Shown: positions 1 through 13,889 of the stretch, one piece after another
How positions within the stretch are numbered: the first letter of the stretch is position 1
How the letters are laid out: every line of letters begins with the position of its first letter
Source of the DNA: Callorhinchus milii
Lineage: Eukaryota
Direction of reading: 5' to 3'
Assembly (NCBI RefSeq): GCF_018977255.1
Contig: NW_024704742.1
Span: 103,294,001 to 103,358,000 of the forward strand
Length of the DNA stretch: 64,000 nt
The notes under the pieces: model-generated
What the model saw: only the letters and a program-made list of their open reading frames with translations
Database searches by the model: none
Told to the model about the DNA's origin: nothing
Made by a program: the position numbers and the translations under genes

Positions 1-319
1 CACTGGACAATCACTCACGAGGTTCACACATGTGGTTTATTATGATGTATGTCATTGCTAAAAATGATTGCAGCTCCAAATTGCTACTTACTCTGCCAAT
101 CTGAATGAACATAATCTCACTCCTAATATTTTCCTGGTACTGGCACACCTGCTTGCTCCCAAGCCCCTGCCAATGTCCCACATCCCTTACTGCTGACATC
201 AACCCCAATGTGTTTGCTCCGGCATGTGCAGAATGGAGAAGAAATTCCATAACGATGAACATAAGAATAACAATTCTTACATTTAATATAGAGCCTTTCA
301 CATTGGGAGGACGAGTCAA

Positions 320-556
320 CGAATTTCACAAGATACACTGTAAAGTGCAATGACTGTGTATTTTATGGGTGAACACAACACCAAGTTGAACAAACAGGTA
401 TGAAGTGAATGATCAATTTTTATTTGAGGAAATGTTGGCAAGGCAGTGGGAAAACCTCCCTTTTTTGAATAGTGTCATGGAATATTTAATGTCCACCTAA
501 ACAATATCTAGTTACTATATCATCCAAAGGACAGCACCTCCAACAGTGTACTCCCA
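320..556 (-). mobile_element. Old Deu-domain SINE fragment (SacSINE/AmnSINE-like)
   Basis: Degenerate Deu core GAATAGTGTCATGGAATATTTAATGTCCACCT...CATCCAAAGGACAGCACCTCCAACAGTG, colinear with the copy at 4135-4515. Confidence 0.65.
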
Positions 557-737
557 ATGAGGAATGTAGGGAGTTGTACTTACTGTAATTATAACACCCA
601 TATTTTCAATCAGAGGAATGGAAGTAATCTATTGCAAAGCATTTATGGTTGTTAAAGCCATGTGTTTTGGCTTTTATACAACCAAGCAGTATGAGTCAAT
701 ATAACATCATGTTTGGTAAGGTTAAATGCTAAGACAT

Positions 738-809
738 ACAACAACAACAACAACAAGATTCCATTTATAGAGCGCCTTTCACGTCGGGAGGACGTCCCAA
801 GGCACTGAT
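738..809 (-). mobile_element. L2 LINE extreme 3' end (stem-loop plus (GTT)n tail only)
   Basis: Reverse complement of ...CCTTGGGACGTCCTCCCGACGTGAAAGGCGCTCTATAAATGGAATCTTGTTGTTG, near-identical to the tails at 22706 and 54650-54709. Confidence 0.85.
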
Positions 810-1719
810 ACATATCTGAGCTGAACATGTATACAGCACATCAGAAGTTAATGTTGCAAAAGAAGCCTTGCTACGATTCTTTAGTAATACTTGTTTCCTG
901 AGCAAAGACCATGCTTCATATCTGTCTAACGTGGCTTGTACACCACCTGATTCTGTGGATGGAATGCACTGTAGGAAGTTCCCTTTTCAAGTGTTATCTT
1001 GTATGGAAGCAGAGCTCCAATGCTACGTATTGATTTTCTTGACCATAATATTTCTTTAAAGAAAGCCACTTTTATTTTATTACTCTGTAAAGTATTTCCT
1101 AGGGTGGAGTTGACATCCGGAGGTCAATGAAATCCTCCCTGAAGAGTTCCTTCTGTGGTGTGAGCCTGCTAACTCACCCAAGTAGCCTGTTGCTATTCTC
1201 CAAAGCCTCCCATTACTTCACAGTCAGAAGCATAGAGTGGCTGCCACCCTAACTTGGCAGAAAAATAATGAACCATATCATTAACACAAGCTGCCTCAAA
1301 TTAAGTGAACAACTTGCTGTACTTTGCGAGGAGGGAGCTCAGCTGTTGCAGGCACTCAAGCCTGCAATTTGTTTTTCACACTGGTAGTCATGTGGAATCG
1401 CTGCTTGCTCACAGGAGGATATGAACCACTGGGGAGGAGACCAAGGGCAAAAAGAGAAAGAGCTTAGACAAAAGCCCCAGCTGAATCCTGTCACGTGTTC
1501 CTTGGTATATTATATGACTGCATCTCCAAACATACATACCAACCAATTATACAATTATAATGTGTACTGTTCCACAAGTAGATTGTGTGAGTAATGACTG
1601 TTTGGTTAAAGGCGGAGCTGGCTTGAGAGACCAAATGTCCAACCCTCAGCAACTGATCTGAGTAGATCAAACTATACGTATACTGATAATATAACTTTGC
1701 TGCAAAACAACCCATCATT

Positions 1720-2325
1720 TCCCTCTTCATTGCGATTGACACAGTCGATCACACCATCCTCCTCCACCAACCTCTCCTCCCTCATCCACCTCACTGGCCT
1801 CCCCAATTCCACCATATATAAAATATAATTAATTCAGATTTCCGCTGCCCAGATTCTCACCCCACAAAACTCCGGACCTCCATCACTCCAGTCCTTGCCA
1901 AGCTGCACTGGCTCCCAATTTCCAAACGGATTGACTTCAAGATCCTCTCTCTCATTTTTAAAATCCCTTCATGCCCTCACACCGCCCTGCCTTTCCAACA
2001 GCTCACCTCCTTTCCACCACCTGCTACCTCTGCTGGGTCAGCTACGTCCTCCTGTTTGTCCTTCGCCCCCTCCCCTCCACCATCGCTGGCCATTTTTTCA
2101 GTCACTACGCCCCGAAGCTCTGGAACTCTCTCCCCCAATCTCTCTGCTTTGCCCCCTCCTTCCCCACTTTCAAATCGCACCTTAAGACCTTCTTTTTGAT
2201 CATGTTTACGGTCTCCGCCCTCCTCCCTCTCCCCCTGGCTCGGGGTCAGACTCCGCCAATGTTAGGTGCTCTGGGATGCTAACTCGGCAAGAAGGGCGCT
2301 ATATAAATGCAAGTTGTTGTTGTTG
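1720..2325 (+). mobile_element. L2 LINE 3' fragment, internally deleted
   Basis: RT remnant ([10 protein letters not shown]), LHWLP-type C-terminal motif, FSHYAPKLWNSLP, tail GGGCGCTATATAAATGCAAGTTGTTGTTGTTG. Confidence 0.85.
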
Positions 2326-3602
2326 ATCTTACTCAGCAGTGAATTGTGGTTCAGTCTCCAGCCCAACATTGCTAAATGACATTTTTGACCCCACTCGGCA
2401 CTGCAGTTTTATGGCAGTTTTGTCCCACTGCATGCATACATCCCAGCCTTCAAATGATTGGTCTCTAAGTTATTGTTCTTGGCATGCTGAGTCTAACCAC
2501 AGTTGGGATCACTATGGGAATCAATTTGCACAAAGGATGCAAATTGTGCCCTGGTGACTGTGTGGACAGAAAATTTGAAAACTGATGATACAATTTATCA
2601 ATTCAAAGCAAAAGTGTCCTTATCCATCCAAAAAAAGCTTGCTGGTCTCCATGTTATATTCTTGTTTACAATAAAATGATGAACAGGTGTAATGTCCAGT
2701 GTATTTGTTAGTTGTGTTTAAAATGGAAAGCAAGAAGGAAAGGAACAAGACAGCTATATCCTAACAGAGCACTACAAAACAATTTGCTTCCTTTCATGAT
2801 CAGTTGGCATTAGATCCCATTCGCAGTTGTCAATACAACACCTCCCCACTTCTAAATTTCATATGGAAGCAGATGGTAAAGACTGCAATCCAATACAGTA
2901 ATAGGTGCTGACTAGCTGATTCATTTGTAGTAAATAATTTCTATTTTCTATCTGGCATCCAGACATATCTGAATTATGTGGTAATTGAACAGATAATTAA
3001 ATCACACCTCAAGGTTATGTAGTATTGCAAAATGTCAGGACTCCAACATGCTGGCCATTGAGTTATATAATAGTAATTCCTAACTCTTAAAATCACATTA
3101 ATTTCTAAATGCAAAGGGGGACGGAATTATTAGTTACTGGGTAGAGCAGAATAACGCTCAGCTCACGTCGCTAATTTTGCTATGTGGCATGCACAGAGAG
3201 AATAATGTCCAAGGAGGTGGAATAGAGTTAGCAGTATGAGAAAGTAGAATTAGGATTATAATAATAATAATATTCCTTGCATTTGATATAGAGCTTTATC
3301 ACGTCTTCGAGACATCTTCTGCTTGAACAAATGTCTCCAGAGTCCTTCCTGGCTAATCCCGTTTGGGTCTAAAGGAAAACGATTCATCAACCAATTTAAG
3401 ATTCACCAGAATTTAATTAGAAGGCAACTCAGAGATTAACTCAAAGGGTATTTGAGGGTAGTGGATCTCTTCATAAAGAGGCATCAGAGCTAGTTGTGCC
3501 CACCTACCACAAGCCTCTAGCCCTCAAAACATATAGCCCATTTCTCAGCTGCCAATCATAGTTTATCAGCCTTGAAATGTTTCTGGAGCTAAGACATACA
3601 TC

Positions 3603-3950
3603 AATACATAGAGTGATACTGCACGAAAACAGGCTATTTGGCCCAATTACCCCTCCTATTCCCTTCATTAGTAGCTTTCTGTTCCCTTCTGTCTCATGTT
3701 TGTATATATTCTCTTAAATAAATTGCTGCAACCCATTTTTTGGCAGTGAGTTTTATATTCTAACGACCGTCTGCATGAAGAAGCACCTCCTAAACTCCCT
3801 ATTAGATTTACTCCTAGCTATCTTATATTTATGCCCTCTTGTTTTGGACTCACTGACAAGTGGAATAAAACTATCACTGTCCACACCTTACTGAATCCTA
3901 TCATAACCTTAAACACCTCTGTCGGATTCCCTCTTAATGGTCTCAATTCT
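3603..3950 (-). mobile_element. Old CR1 LINE 3' end
   Basis: Begins with CR1 3'UTR remnant (CATAGAGTGATACTGCACGAAAACAGGCTATTTGGCCCA) followed by degenerate ORF2 C-terminus. Confidence 0.55.
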
Positions 3951-4134
3951 AGAAAGAAAATGTGGATTTGTGAAATCTTTCTTAAAAGCTGTACTCATTC
4001 TTCCCTGGTAACATCTATAATGTAAAAGAGAGAAAAAAAATATCATGAGTCTACACAAAAATTATGGGACAATCGTGTAATAGTAATACTGTTAATCCTC
4101 ACTTTTGATATGTCCTCAACTCATCCTTCAGATA

Positions 4135-4515
4135 CCTCAAATTGCTTCACAGGAAATTCTGTCAAGTGGATTGACTGTGTATTTTGTGGGCAAAACGCTG
4201 CAGCAAGTTACGCACAGCAACAAACAATCGTGAACTGAATGATCAATTTTATTTGGGGGATTGTTGGCTAGAACACCAGTCAGAAATTCCCTTCCCTTTT
4301 CGAATAGTGCCATGGAATCTTTAACATCCACCTGAACAAATAGACAGGACCTCGGTTAAGCGTCTCATCTGAAGGATGGCACCTCTGACAATGTAACACG
4401 CCCGAACACTGCATTGGAGTGTCAGTTTAGACAATGTGATTCCAACTCCCAATGTGGGACTTGAACCCCTTCTGACTCAGAGGCAAGAGTGCTACCATTG
4501 CACCAAGTTGCACAT
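4135..4515 (-). mobile_element. Deu-domain SINE, near full length
   Basis: Deu core GAATAGTGCCATGGAATCTTTAACATCCACCTGA...CTCATCTGAAGGATGGCACCTCTGACAATG; tRNA-like head (GGGACTTGAACCC...GAGTGCTACC) at right end. Confidence 0.85.
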
Positions 4516-4551
4516 GAAAAGCCATCACCTTCAAAGGAAAAAAAGTTTCTA

Positions 4552-4858
4552 TAATAATAATATAATCCTTGCATTTGATACAGTGCTTTTCATGTCTTCT
4601 AGACGTCTCAAAGCGCTTCATAGAATATACAGTAAAGTGAGTTGACTGTATATTTTGTGGACGAAATGCGGCAGCAAATTGCGCACAGGAGTGTCCCACA
4701 AACAATCGTGACCAATTTTTTTATAATCTTTTTTCTTGAGTGATTATTATGATGTGTGTGGAGTGAAGAAACTTGCCCAAGGTTTCACCCTGCCGGGAAT
4801 CGAGCCCAGGTCTCTCATTTGTAAGGTGAGTGCTTTAACCACTGAGTTACAGCACTCC
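4552..4858 (-). mobile_element. tRNA-derived SINE with L2-type tail, short variant
   Basis: Head with A/B boxes at right end, (ATT)n tail at left end; lacks the internal GCCTCTGTTTACCTAG... block. Confidence 0.9.
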
Positions 4859-5519
4859 TGTATGAGTTTAATATGGCCAGAAATCAGCTTGGTCCAACAG
4901 GACTAAAATAAGACCAGGAGCGGATCCAGATACTTATAGAAAGAGATCCAGACACATTGTTCACATGATTGTGATGTTTTCCATTGTTAGTTATGTACTG
5001 ACAGACTTAGGTCGCATTAGCAGCCTCTTAACTGACCTCTTGAACAAATATTCAGATCAGTCAGCATTGAAACTGTATACTCCATCCACTTGATATGATG
5101 CACTCATTTGCTTTTAAAGTCGATGCCTGTGGAAATAAGTTACCAGTGTGCTAATTGAGCAAATCTTGTCAATAAAATATATATGTGACTAGGGACATGA
5201 GTAAAATTGGATGTCAGGTGTACAGCCCATTTAAAATAGAAGTTGCAATTTTGGGCCCAGTGGTAAAATGTTTTCTGAACACAATTGAAAAAAAGCAATT
5301 AAGTCACTTAATCAAAGCTAGAAGTCAATTAAATAGGGAATCTATGATTTTTCTTGCGTCAGAGACTTGCTGAACTTGGGGGTATTTAATCATGATCTGA
5401 GAAGGTAGTAAATCTACAAGCAGAGCACAGAGCCCTGCTGCTGCTTTGGCAGTGTACAGAAGAATGGTATCAGATAATAGTTTATTATAATAATAATGTG
5501 TATTTTGTAAATCCCCCCA

Positions 5520-5690
5520 AAAAATAATTATTGGTCACTTCAATATTTGTGGGACACTCCTGTGTGCAATTGGCTGCTGCATTTCACCCACAAATATACA
5601 GTCAATTCACTTTACAGTGTATTCTGTGAAGCGATTCAAGACATCTAGAAGACGTGAAAGGTACTGTATCAAATGCAAGGATTATTATAT
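5520..5690 (+). mobile_element. 5'-truncated tRNA-SINE (3' body and tail)
   Basis: TGTGGGACACTCCTGTGTGCAATTGGCTGC...CTGTGAAGCG...AAATGCAAGGATTATTAT. Confidence 0.85.
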
Positions 5691-5959
5691 TTGTTACTTT
5701 ACCTAAAACAAGGAGCAAACGGGTAATAATAATTTTAAAAATCCTCGCATTTGATATAGTGACATTCACAATCAGGAGGACATCTTAAAGAGTTGCGCAG
5801 GATATACTATACAGTGCAGTGACTGTATTTTTGCAGCAGAATGTAGTGGTCAATTTGTCAATCTCTTTGTTTATTTGCTATTTATTTTTCTGTGCTTCCT
5901 TCAACTCTCCCTCTCAATGATTGTTTTATGCCCTTTAATGCTCTCATGTCTTTAGCAAA

Positions 5960-6210
5960 GCCACCTTTTAGTCAGGTTATAGGAGGTATTTGAGAATCTC
6001 TGATGTTCTCTTGTACTCTGTAGTGAAAAGAATGGCTGCTGCTCATTGCAAGTGTGAGGGAGAAGGGAACAAAGGAATTCAAGAAAGGGGAATAGGTCAG
6101 GAAAGAGGAATAGGAGGGTTGGGGGCTTCTGCGAAGAATAAACACTGGTTTAGACTAGTTGGGCCCGATAGCCTGTTTCCATGCTGTATCATTTTTGTAG
6201 CTTTATGTTA
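5960..6210 (+). mobile_element. Old CR1 LINE 3' end
   Basis: Ends in CR1 3'UTR-like GACTAGTTGGGCCCGATAGCCTGTTTCCATGCTGTA. Confidence 0.5.
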
Positions 6211-6663
6211 TTCTCTCTCTGACAGCTCATTTGTGTTCATGAATTCACAAAGTGGCTTTCAATCGGGAAACATTAAAGTTTATTGTGTGTCACATGCTAA
6301 AAATAATGATCATTTCATTACTTGTTTGGAATGGGATTTCAGGCATTATATATAGTGATCTGCATGCAATAGATCCTGTTATTCCATCCCTCTTTCAAAT
6401 TACACACAGATACTAAGATTGGGTTTGACTTTATGGTGAGTCAATACCGCAAGAATTCTAATTGCAAACTTTTCGCATCAGAGAAAATGCATATTGTGTA
6501 ACTCAACAAAGTCTCTGCAGACTGCTGCCGAACTCCTCTTCACAATTTTGGCTCAGCGATCTGATAATCTAATGACATCTAGGCTCAATGTGACACATTC
6601 TTTACAATAAAAAATAAAGTTAATTTAGAAAAAAGTTCAACAAAAACGATTAGTGCATAGAAA

Positions 6664-6838
6664 CTAGATTTACTCTATTTTCTTAACATTTCAGCTTATT
6701 CTGAATTTGGCAAATGGTTGAATTCATTCTTAACTTTGAAAGAGTTTTTTCTTAAAAAGAATTTACAGAAATCAGCTGAAATTCTGAATTGACAAATCCT
6801 GAATAATCTGAAATTTTAAGAAAATGGAGTAAATGTAG
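6664..6838. repeat. AT-rich imperfect inverted repeat (MITE-like), 52-bp arms
   Basis: 6664-6715 vs reverse complement of 6787-6838 match at 44/52; related ends at 43785-43894. Confidence 0.65.
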
Positions 6839-8700
6839 ACTCAGTTGAAATTTCTAACCTTAATTTAAAATAAAAATAGCTTGAGCCAAGTTCAAGTAGC
6901 TTTCAGCTGGCTTTTTTTTCTTTCAATAAAGATGCAAAGGGAATTGATCGAATACGTTCTATTTTGAACCAGAGGAAGTCCATTGCTTCCTGACATTTGG
7001 AGCCTGAGTCTGAGCCCTTGTGATTCTTAGACGGAGGTGGCTTGAGAGTCTGTTGAAAGACTGTCTGTTTATCATATCTGAACTCTCACTGGAGCTCTCA
7101 AACTCTGCCACTATCATATGGTTCCAATGAGATATGCAAAAATGCACAATGTTGTGTGCAAAAGTAAATTTATCTCGTAAACAAAACTGATCTTATCAAT
7201 TATAAATTAACAATGTAATAAAGTGAGAAAAACTTTTTTTAAAAAACATGTTTCCGTTTTTTAAAGGGAATCACAGATGCAGGACTCATTTTAAAAAAAT
7301 CACAAGTTTATCACATTTCCAACCAAAACCTTTCTCTGAATAAGAACTTGATGTCATGTGCCAGAATTTGTGATCCTGAAAAGTCACTATCTTCATTTCC
7401 TATTTTGTTTTTATTCAAGAACTCAAAACCTTGAGCACCCAGATAGTATAAACCACATGCAAACAAAACCACAATATAAATACATTATCTTACTTGTTGC
7501 CCAGTAGTAGCAATGTTTACTGTGCTGCAAGAGTAAAATCAGAAGAAGCAACCCTTTGGTGTCGATCATCTGTGTCTCCTATTTTTATGGGTTTAATTGT
7601 GACCTCAGCTGGAGCAGGACTGGAGTTTCAGAACATTTGATGCACAGGTTTCCATGGAGACCTTAGCACTTATTCCTTGAGTTGTAATAGAGAAAACAAA
7701 ATGCATCAGCAGAACACTGCTAGTGGGTGAACATGGACTTTGGCTGAAGACTATTTCATTTTATTTGGTTGGTTCTTCATAGTTTTTACTCACAGTAGGT
7801 TCAAATTTCTCATGTATTGTTGTACACAACTTCTACTGCAGCAATTTATATGTCTGTAGGGATGATACACAAAGCCCTATCACATCTAAGGCCTTGGATG
7901 TCACTGATTCCAGGACAGGCATCAATCCCCTCCTGACTCAGCCCCACATCTAATCAGTCAGGGACTCTTAGCAGCGAGAAGATGGGAACCCCAGAAGTGG
8001 CACAACCCAACCCTCCCCCTTGATATTGATATTGCTGGCCATGCAACATAGTATTAATATAGCGGTTTCCAATAGACTGACTTAACTGTGATTTGTTTTG
8101 TTGAGTTAAGTCAGTTTCCTGGGAGCTGGTACTCTAATGCCATGCTCCACAGTCAGCAGTTGGCTCATTGTTTCAATCGCATCTTCGGGCCCAACCACTG
8201 CCAAAGTTGGCAGGGGCGGGGGAAAGAATCCCACCCATTGGAGGAGTAAATGATAACTGCAATTTTCAATGACATAACAATCCCATCTAATAATATGAAT
8301 TCCCATGTAATTTTCATCGCTACATTAATTGAACGTTACGAAATCTCTCCACTTATAAGTTCATGCAGAAAATCCATCTGGAATCACTGAAATTCACTAG
8401 CACTGGGAAAGTGGAAGATCATGAAGGCTAATGCTTTGAAAGGGTGGCTGCTGAACTCATAAGTGTAATGTTGCACATTGCTACCATGGCATGGTGATGT
8501 AGAAAATCAGACAGTCCATTGTGATAGAGTCCACAAGGATTTCTGAATGTCACAGAGTGACTGTATTAGTAAACCAAGATCAATACTTTAAGATGTATCA
8601 TGACAGTGGAACAAGAGGCCATAGCTTTAGTGTTGTAAAGGGCAATTTCAGGACAGACACCAGGACAAAATACATAGTAATTTTACAATAAATCCTGCAA

Positions 8701-8900
8701 AAACAACAACTTGCACTTATATAGCTTCCTCCACGCAGGGTAGCATTTCAGAGCGCTTAACAATGGCGGAGCCTGATTTCAAAAGGGGAAGGGAAGGAAA
8801 GGTGAACATAAGCACAGTCGAAAAGGAAGGTTTTCAGGCAGGACTTGGAAAAAGGGGAGAGGGGGGGCAAGGCGGAGGGATTGAGGGAGATTGTTCCAGA
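8701..8900 (-). mobile_element. L2 LINE 3' end (tail type B)
   Basis: AACAACAACTTGCACTTATATAGC...AGAGCGCTTAACAATGGCGGAGCC. Confidence 0.8.
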
Positions 8901-9042
8901 CAAACTTATTTCTTCCGTGAGGGGAAGGAATAGCAAGAAATTACAGCTTGATCAAGTGACTTGAAAACTCCTCATGTATAAGAGCTGTCACATATGTACA
9001 AATTGTTGTTTTTGTTGTTCTGGCACTAAGAAATAAAAAAGA

Positions 9043-9150
9043 AAAACAGTAAACACTGCAGATCTGGAATCAAAGCCAGAAAACCACAGGAGGTAGATCA
9101 GCATCTGATGGAGAAAAATAGGCAAATGGTTTGGCTTTGACCCTTCACAG
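9043..9150 (-). mobile_element. Degenerate Penelope-like 3' end
   Basis: CACTGCAGATCTGGAATC...AGCATCTGATGGAGAAA...GACCCTTCACAG resembles 30290-30365. Confidence 0.5.
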
Positions 9151-10867
9151 AAGGCTATTTGTGTCAAATTGCTAAATTGTGCAATTCCTGACAGCACGCT
9201 GATTGATTTGCTAAAAGAATTACAAAGAGCAGGCATCGTGGGGCTGTTCAGAGGAAACTGCTGTGATCCCGCCTGTTCATTAACAGTTCACCTTGCTTGG
9301 CTGATTCCTGTTAATGACCCTGATGCTGACACCAAGGAAATTAACCCCTCTGTAGATGAACAGGTGTTAGTACAGGCTTAAAACTGTTTCTGTATATATT
9401 TTTTACCTGTTGCTAGTTAGGGCCAAACATATGTTTGTGAGGTTGGCAGAGGAATTGGCCACCTGTTGCTGAAGTGCTCATCGTGCGCGCTTTACTGAGT
9501 TTTAAATGTTAATCCATTATCCCACACAGGAAATAAAAGCAGGAAACAATGCATGTGACAGCTGCTCTTAAAGTGAATTTAATCACCTGAAGAAGCAAAG
9601 GTGTAAACTATAAATCCTTGAGGTGTCCGATGGCAGAGGTATCTTGAAAAAGAAACTGAGATTAGGTTTTGCACAAAGCATTCCTAATGTATTCTTCCTT
9701 AAAATCAACAAAATGCTGTGACTATATTAGAATCCAGAGCTTTAGAATATTCTTCAGATGTAATATGGAACATTTAACCAGCAACTCGTGCTTTCGATGG
9801 TACATCATCGATTCATTTGGATTCTGCATCTGGTGATTTTAAAGTGTTCAAATTAACACAAGAGCTTTTTTCCATCCAGCAGAAAAAGAGTATCCCTCTC
9901 AAGGAATGAGATAAGCGACCACTAAAGTGGCTACATGACACCGATGAACCATCTAGATGTTCCAAACAGATTAAGGAGTATCTTAGGTCTGACAGACAAT
10001 TATAGACATTTGAGGGCTCTGTTTCAGTGAAAGCCATCCTTCTCTGGATCTGTGACAGACATGAGCCTGCCAACCTAAAGGTCATAATCAACATGTCAAT
10101 TGACTGCCTCAATGACTTATTTATAAGGTAATGATAGAAATGTAATGCCTTGCCAGCATAAAGCTCAGTGTCTCGGTAAGCAACTATTCATGTTTTGAAA
10201 ATTACCTGTAATTCCTTTTATCTTGCTTTCATTACTTATTCAACCCATTATGCACCATGTTTAAAGATCATTGTAATCATCCAACAAAGCACAGGTTATT
10301 ATAGATGAAAATGTACTGATGATAGAGGAATCACATGTAGCAGACCAAACTTCGGACCTTTGAATAGTATTGTGTTACAGCAATAGGGAAAACTGATGTA
10401 GCATTTGAAAGTAACCTGCAGAATAATTATGTTCAATTAACTAACGACCCTTCAGGCAGCAGCCCAACTGGGCACTCTGTAAAACTAGAATCAAAGGAAA
10501 TCAAGGTAATTGATTCTTTTCTGAGCCACTACTCCCACACACCTAATATTTCCAAGAACAAAAAAAGTATATTGTTTGAATAAGAATTGCATTACTTTAA
10601 AGTGAAGGAAAAGTACACATGCTTTCTGCTGTGCTTTCTGTTCACTAATTCTCTCTATTGTTGCTGATTCAAGGAAATGTCACTTCAAGAAATGCCTCAT
10701 AGTTACTTTTGTGGAATAAGACAGGGAACTGATATGCTGCAATGCAGACTTTATACATGTTTTGAAAAATCTGTGCAAATGTTGATATTAATATAAAGAG
10801 AATGTAAAAGTTGGACAGCTAACTTACTTTCTGTTCACTGCATTTCACAAACTTGCTGTAAAACAAA

Positions 10868-11135
10868 CACAACAACAAATTACATTTATTTCACATTGGG
10901 AGGCTATCCCAAGGGGCTAGACAGTCAGAGATTTGGATCCGAGCAGGGGGTTGTGATAAGGAGGGATGGGGGGCAGGGAGGTTAGGGGTAGTAGGGTGAT
11001 CGAAGGCACGGTCGAAAAGGAGGGTCTTGAGATGTGCCTTGAAAGAGGCAAGTGAGGGAACAAGGATGGAGTTCCAAAGGGTAGGGGCAGAAAGGCTGAA
11101 GGCCTGACCGCTGAATGTGGGGCTGATTAGCAATT
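10868..11135 (-). mobile_element. L2 LINE 3' end
   Basis: ORF 10891-11145 GQAFSLSAPTLWNSI...SFKAHLKTLLFDRAF; (CAA)n tail on + strand. Confidence 0.85.
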
Positions 11136-11284
11136 CAGCAGACAAGTCTGAAGCCTGACGAAACGCAAAATACTGCAGATGATGAAAATCTGAATCAAAG
11201 GGCCTGTGCGCCTATCAGCCCTTACAGACTGATCAACCAGGAATCGAATGTCCCACAATGTGATCATACAGCTAATGTACCTGT

Positions 11285-11560
11285 ATCTGTTCAGGTAAAT
11301 GTCAAAGAACTCATGATACTATTCGAAAAGATCTTTGTAAAGAAGGAAGTTTCTCCTGGTGTCCTGACCAACAATCCCCTAGATTCAATTTATCATTTGT
11401 TTCATGGATGTTTGTGGGTCATTGCTGTGAACAAATTGTCTGCTGTGTCTGCTGTGTTCACTTACAAGTACACAGTCACTACACTTTACAAAATTTCTGT
11501 GAAATGCTTTGAGACATTAGGGTGTAATCTCATATGCGAAGATTACTATTATTATTTATG
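11285..11560 (+). mobile_element. Deu-domain SINE, 5'-truncated
   Basis: GTTCAGGTAAATGTCAAAGAACTCATGATACTATTCGAA...CTCCTGGTGTCCTGACCAAC...TTGCTGTGAACAAATTG...(ATT)n. Confidence 0.7.
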
Positions 11561-13889
11561 ATAATGGTGATGATGTACAACTTCATATTCACACAGTCTG
11601 TAGCGGGTAGAGGTTCACAGCCCAGAGGGGGGTATTCTCATTCCATACTTATGTCCTTTGAAGTTTTTTTACAAGCAAATTTATTTTCCGAGGCAGTATA
11701 ATAACTATCACCTCTTAACTTGGAAGCTAATTTTGTTTCTTCAATGACTATCTCTTCTGATTTCAACTGGAATGCTCTTAACTTCTCCACTTCTAAAGCT
11801 CATCTGGAAGAAGATCACCTTCCTCTTTTGTGCCAAGCACTTCTCTTCTATTCCCTAATTCAACTTTTAAAAAAATCATGTTAATCCAAGACTGGTATGT
11901 ATGTTCCTCCTATACATAGGAGGGCCTTCTAACACCTTTCTCACACTCCTGGACAAAACTAAGGAAACAGCTTGTCATCTGACTGGTGTTCCTGGATCGT
12001 CCCCTTGTGATTTATTTCTCCTTTGTTCCTCCGAGGCTCCATATCAGTCTTTTATTTTATTTCCTCCACCCTGCAAAGTATAGACATAACAAAGGGAGCA
12101 AAATGGTCCACTATTTATCACTTGTGTTTGACAACATGATGGATATGACAAGGGCTGCTGTGGCACATCTCGTCGCTTAACGGAAATTTTTGCCAAGTGC
12201 TTTGTCATGAAAAAACACCTCTTTAAAATATAACACTGTGTTTCTGGTCTTCTTCCTTTTTTAAGTATTGATTAGGATAAAAGCTAGCCCAACCTTTTTG
12301 AAATAACGATTTGGACTCCTGAGTTGATAATGACAGTATTTTGGCTCCACAGTGATGTTTGCTAATGGCAACAATCCTCACTATTGGTATTTTCTGACAA
12401 TTTCTCAAATTAATAACAACATTTTGGACTGTGTTCATTTTATTTTAGTGCCTTAAGCATCACATTTCACATTCCTTAATTTTAGACAAGCCAAATTTCA
12501 GGACTCAGCTCAATTGAATCAATACCAGCTTCAGAATTGTGATCCTTAAATGAGGTCTTGTGGATACCATAGACATGTCCTTGAATGCAAACAATAAGCC
12601 ACTTCAACATAGCTATGAGACTCTGACCAATTTTTAAACTTCTATTTTACACACTTGACGTAATCTCCTGAGGGAGGCAAACAAATGCATGTAAAACTTC
12701 CAAGAAGATGAAATGTGGTGGAATTTCTTTTTGGTTCACAAAGTAATCAGATTGAAACTCCACAAATTCATTCTTCTACCCAGTTTCTTTACGATTTACA
12801 AAAAACTGCTGCTAAAAGTGGGCATAATGCAGAGCCCATGACAGTTTGGCTGCTAAGACCATCTTTTAGTACATGGTTTAGTTCCAAACCCATTGCACCA
12901 TTATAGTATCAATACAAGGCAGAGACATAATTTCAGGCTACGCTCAGAAATGTTCCCTTAAAAATTCTATAGAGGACCATTAGACAACACAAGAGCTGAG
13001 GAGTATAGATATGTTATTGTTTTTAAAGTAACAAACATTGCTTAATTAAGCAGAATTCTTCAACTTCCTATTTGCACCACCCACAGTCAATGTGAATAAT
13101 AGCAAGAAGTATAAACCTACATTCTTGCTAATATTCTCTTCACTGCTTGAAGCAATAAAGCTTAACATCACAACCCTGATTGCTTGTGTACCACAAATGA
13201 TATTTCCATTGGTCCCAGCAGGAATTGGCCAAATTGTTCCTGAATGTATTTGTTAATTTCCATTGGTACTTACCCTTATAACCTTCAGTTCCATTTTTAA
13301 ATTCATTTTAAAGCAGCTAATGTTTAAAACAGTTAATTAACAAAGTCTTGATTGCTATACATGGGAGTTTGTTTCACATCTGCCACTCATGAGGGAGAGG
13401 GGGAGCAATGCTTTTCTCACCCCAAATCTCAGTTGAGGAACATTACTTGGCTACTTGTGTGCTCTAGTTCTGAAATCATAGCAGGATTTAAGATCCAAAC
13501 TCCCAGTATTTTAAGGGGAGTGAGATTTGAGGAGACGCAGGAATCTTATAAAGTTGAAAGACTACTTTTGATTAAAGAGTATTTTGATAGAATTAACCGC
13601 CTCCTTCCCCTTCATCCATACCACATTTTCTGACAATAAGTTAACACAAGAATGATGGAGAGGAACAGTTGTAGAATCATTACAGCAAACAAACAGGCCA
13701 TTCAGCCCATTAAAATCTGCACTGCTACCTCAAAAACCAATTAATTCAAAAATCAGATAAATTTAATTTAAAATGGGACTTAAATATATTTTTTGGATTT
13801 TTTTAAAGGTATGCTAGCATATTGTGAGTTGTTCAAGTCTAAAGCTGACATCAGAATAACTTTTATAAAACCCAAATTTTCATTAAAAA

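Noticed and set aside
8625..8670. Match to 60820-60860 (GTTGTAAAGGGCAATTTCAGGACAG-CACCAGGA)
   Set aside because: Both look like remnants of an old CR1-type C-terminus rather than a specific duplication
9813..10112. 99-aa minus-strand ORF in unique sequence
   Set aside because: No recognisable motif, non-ATG start and a weak acceptor; length is within chance expectation
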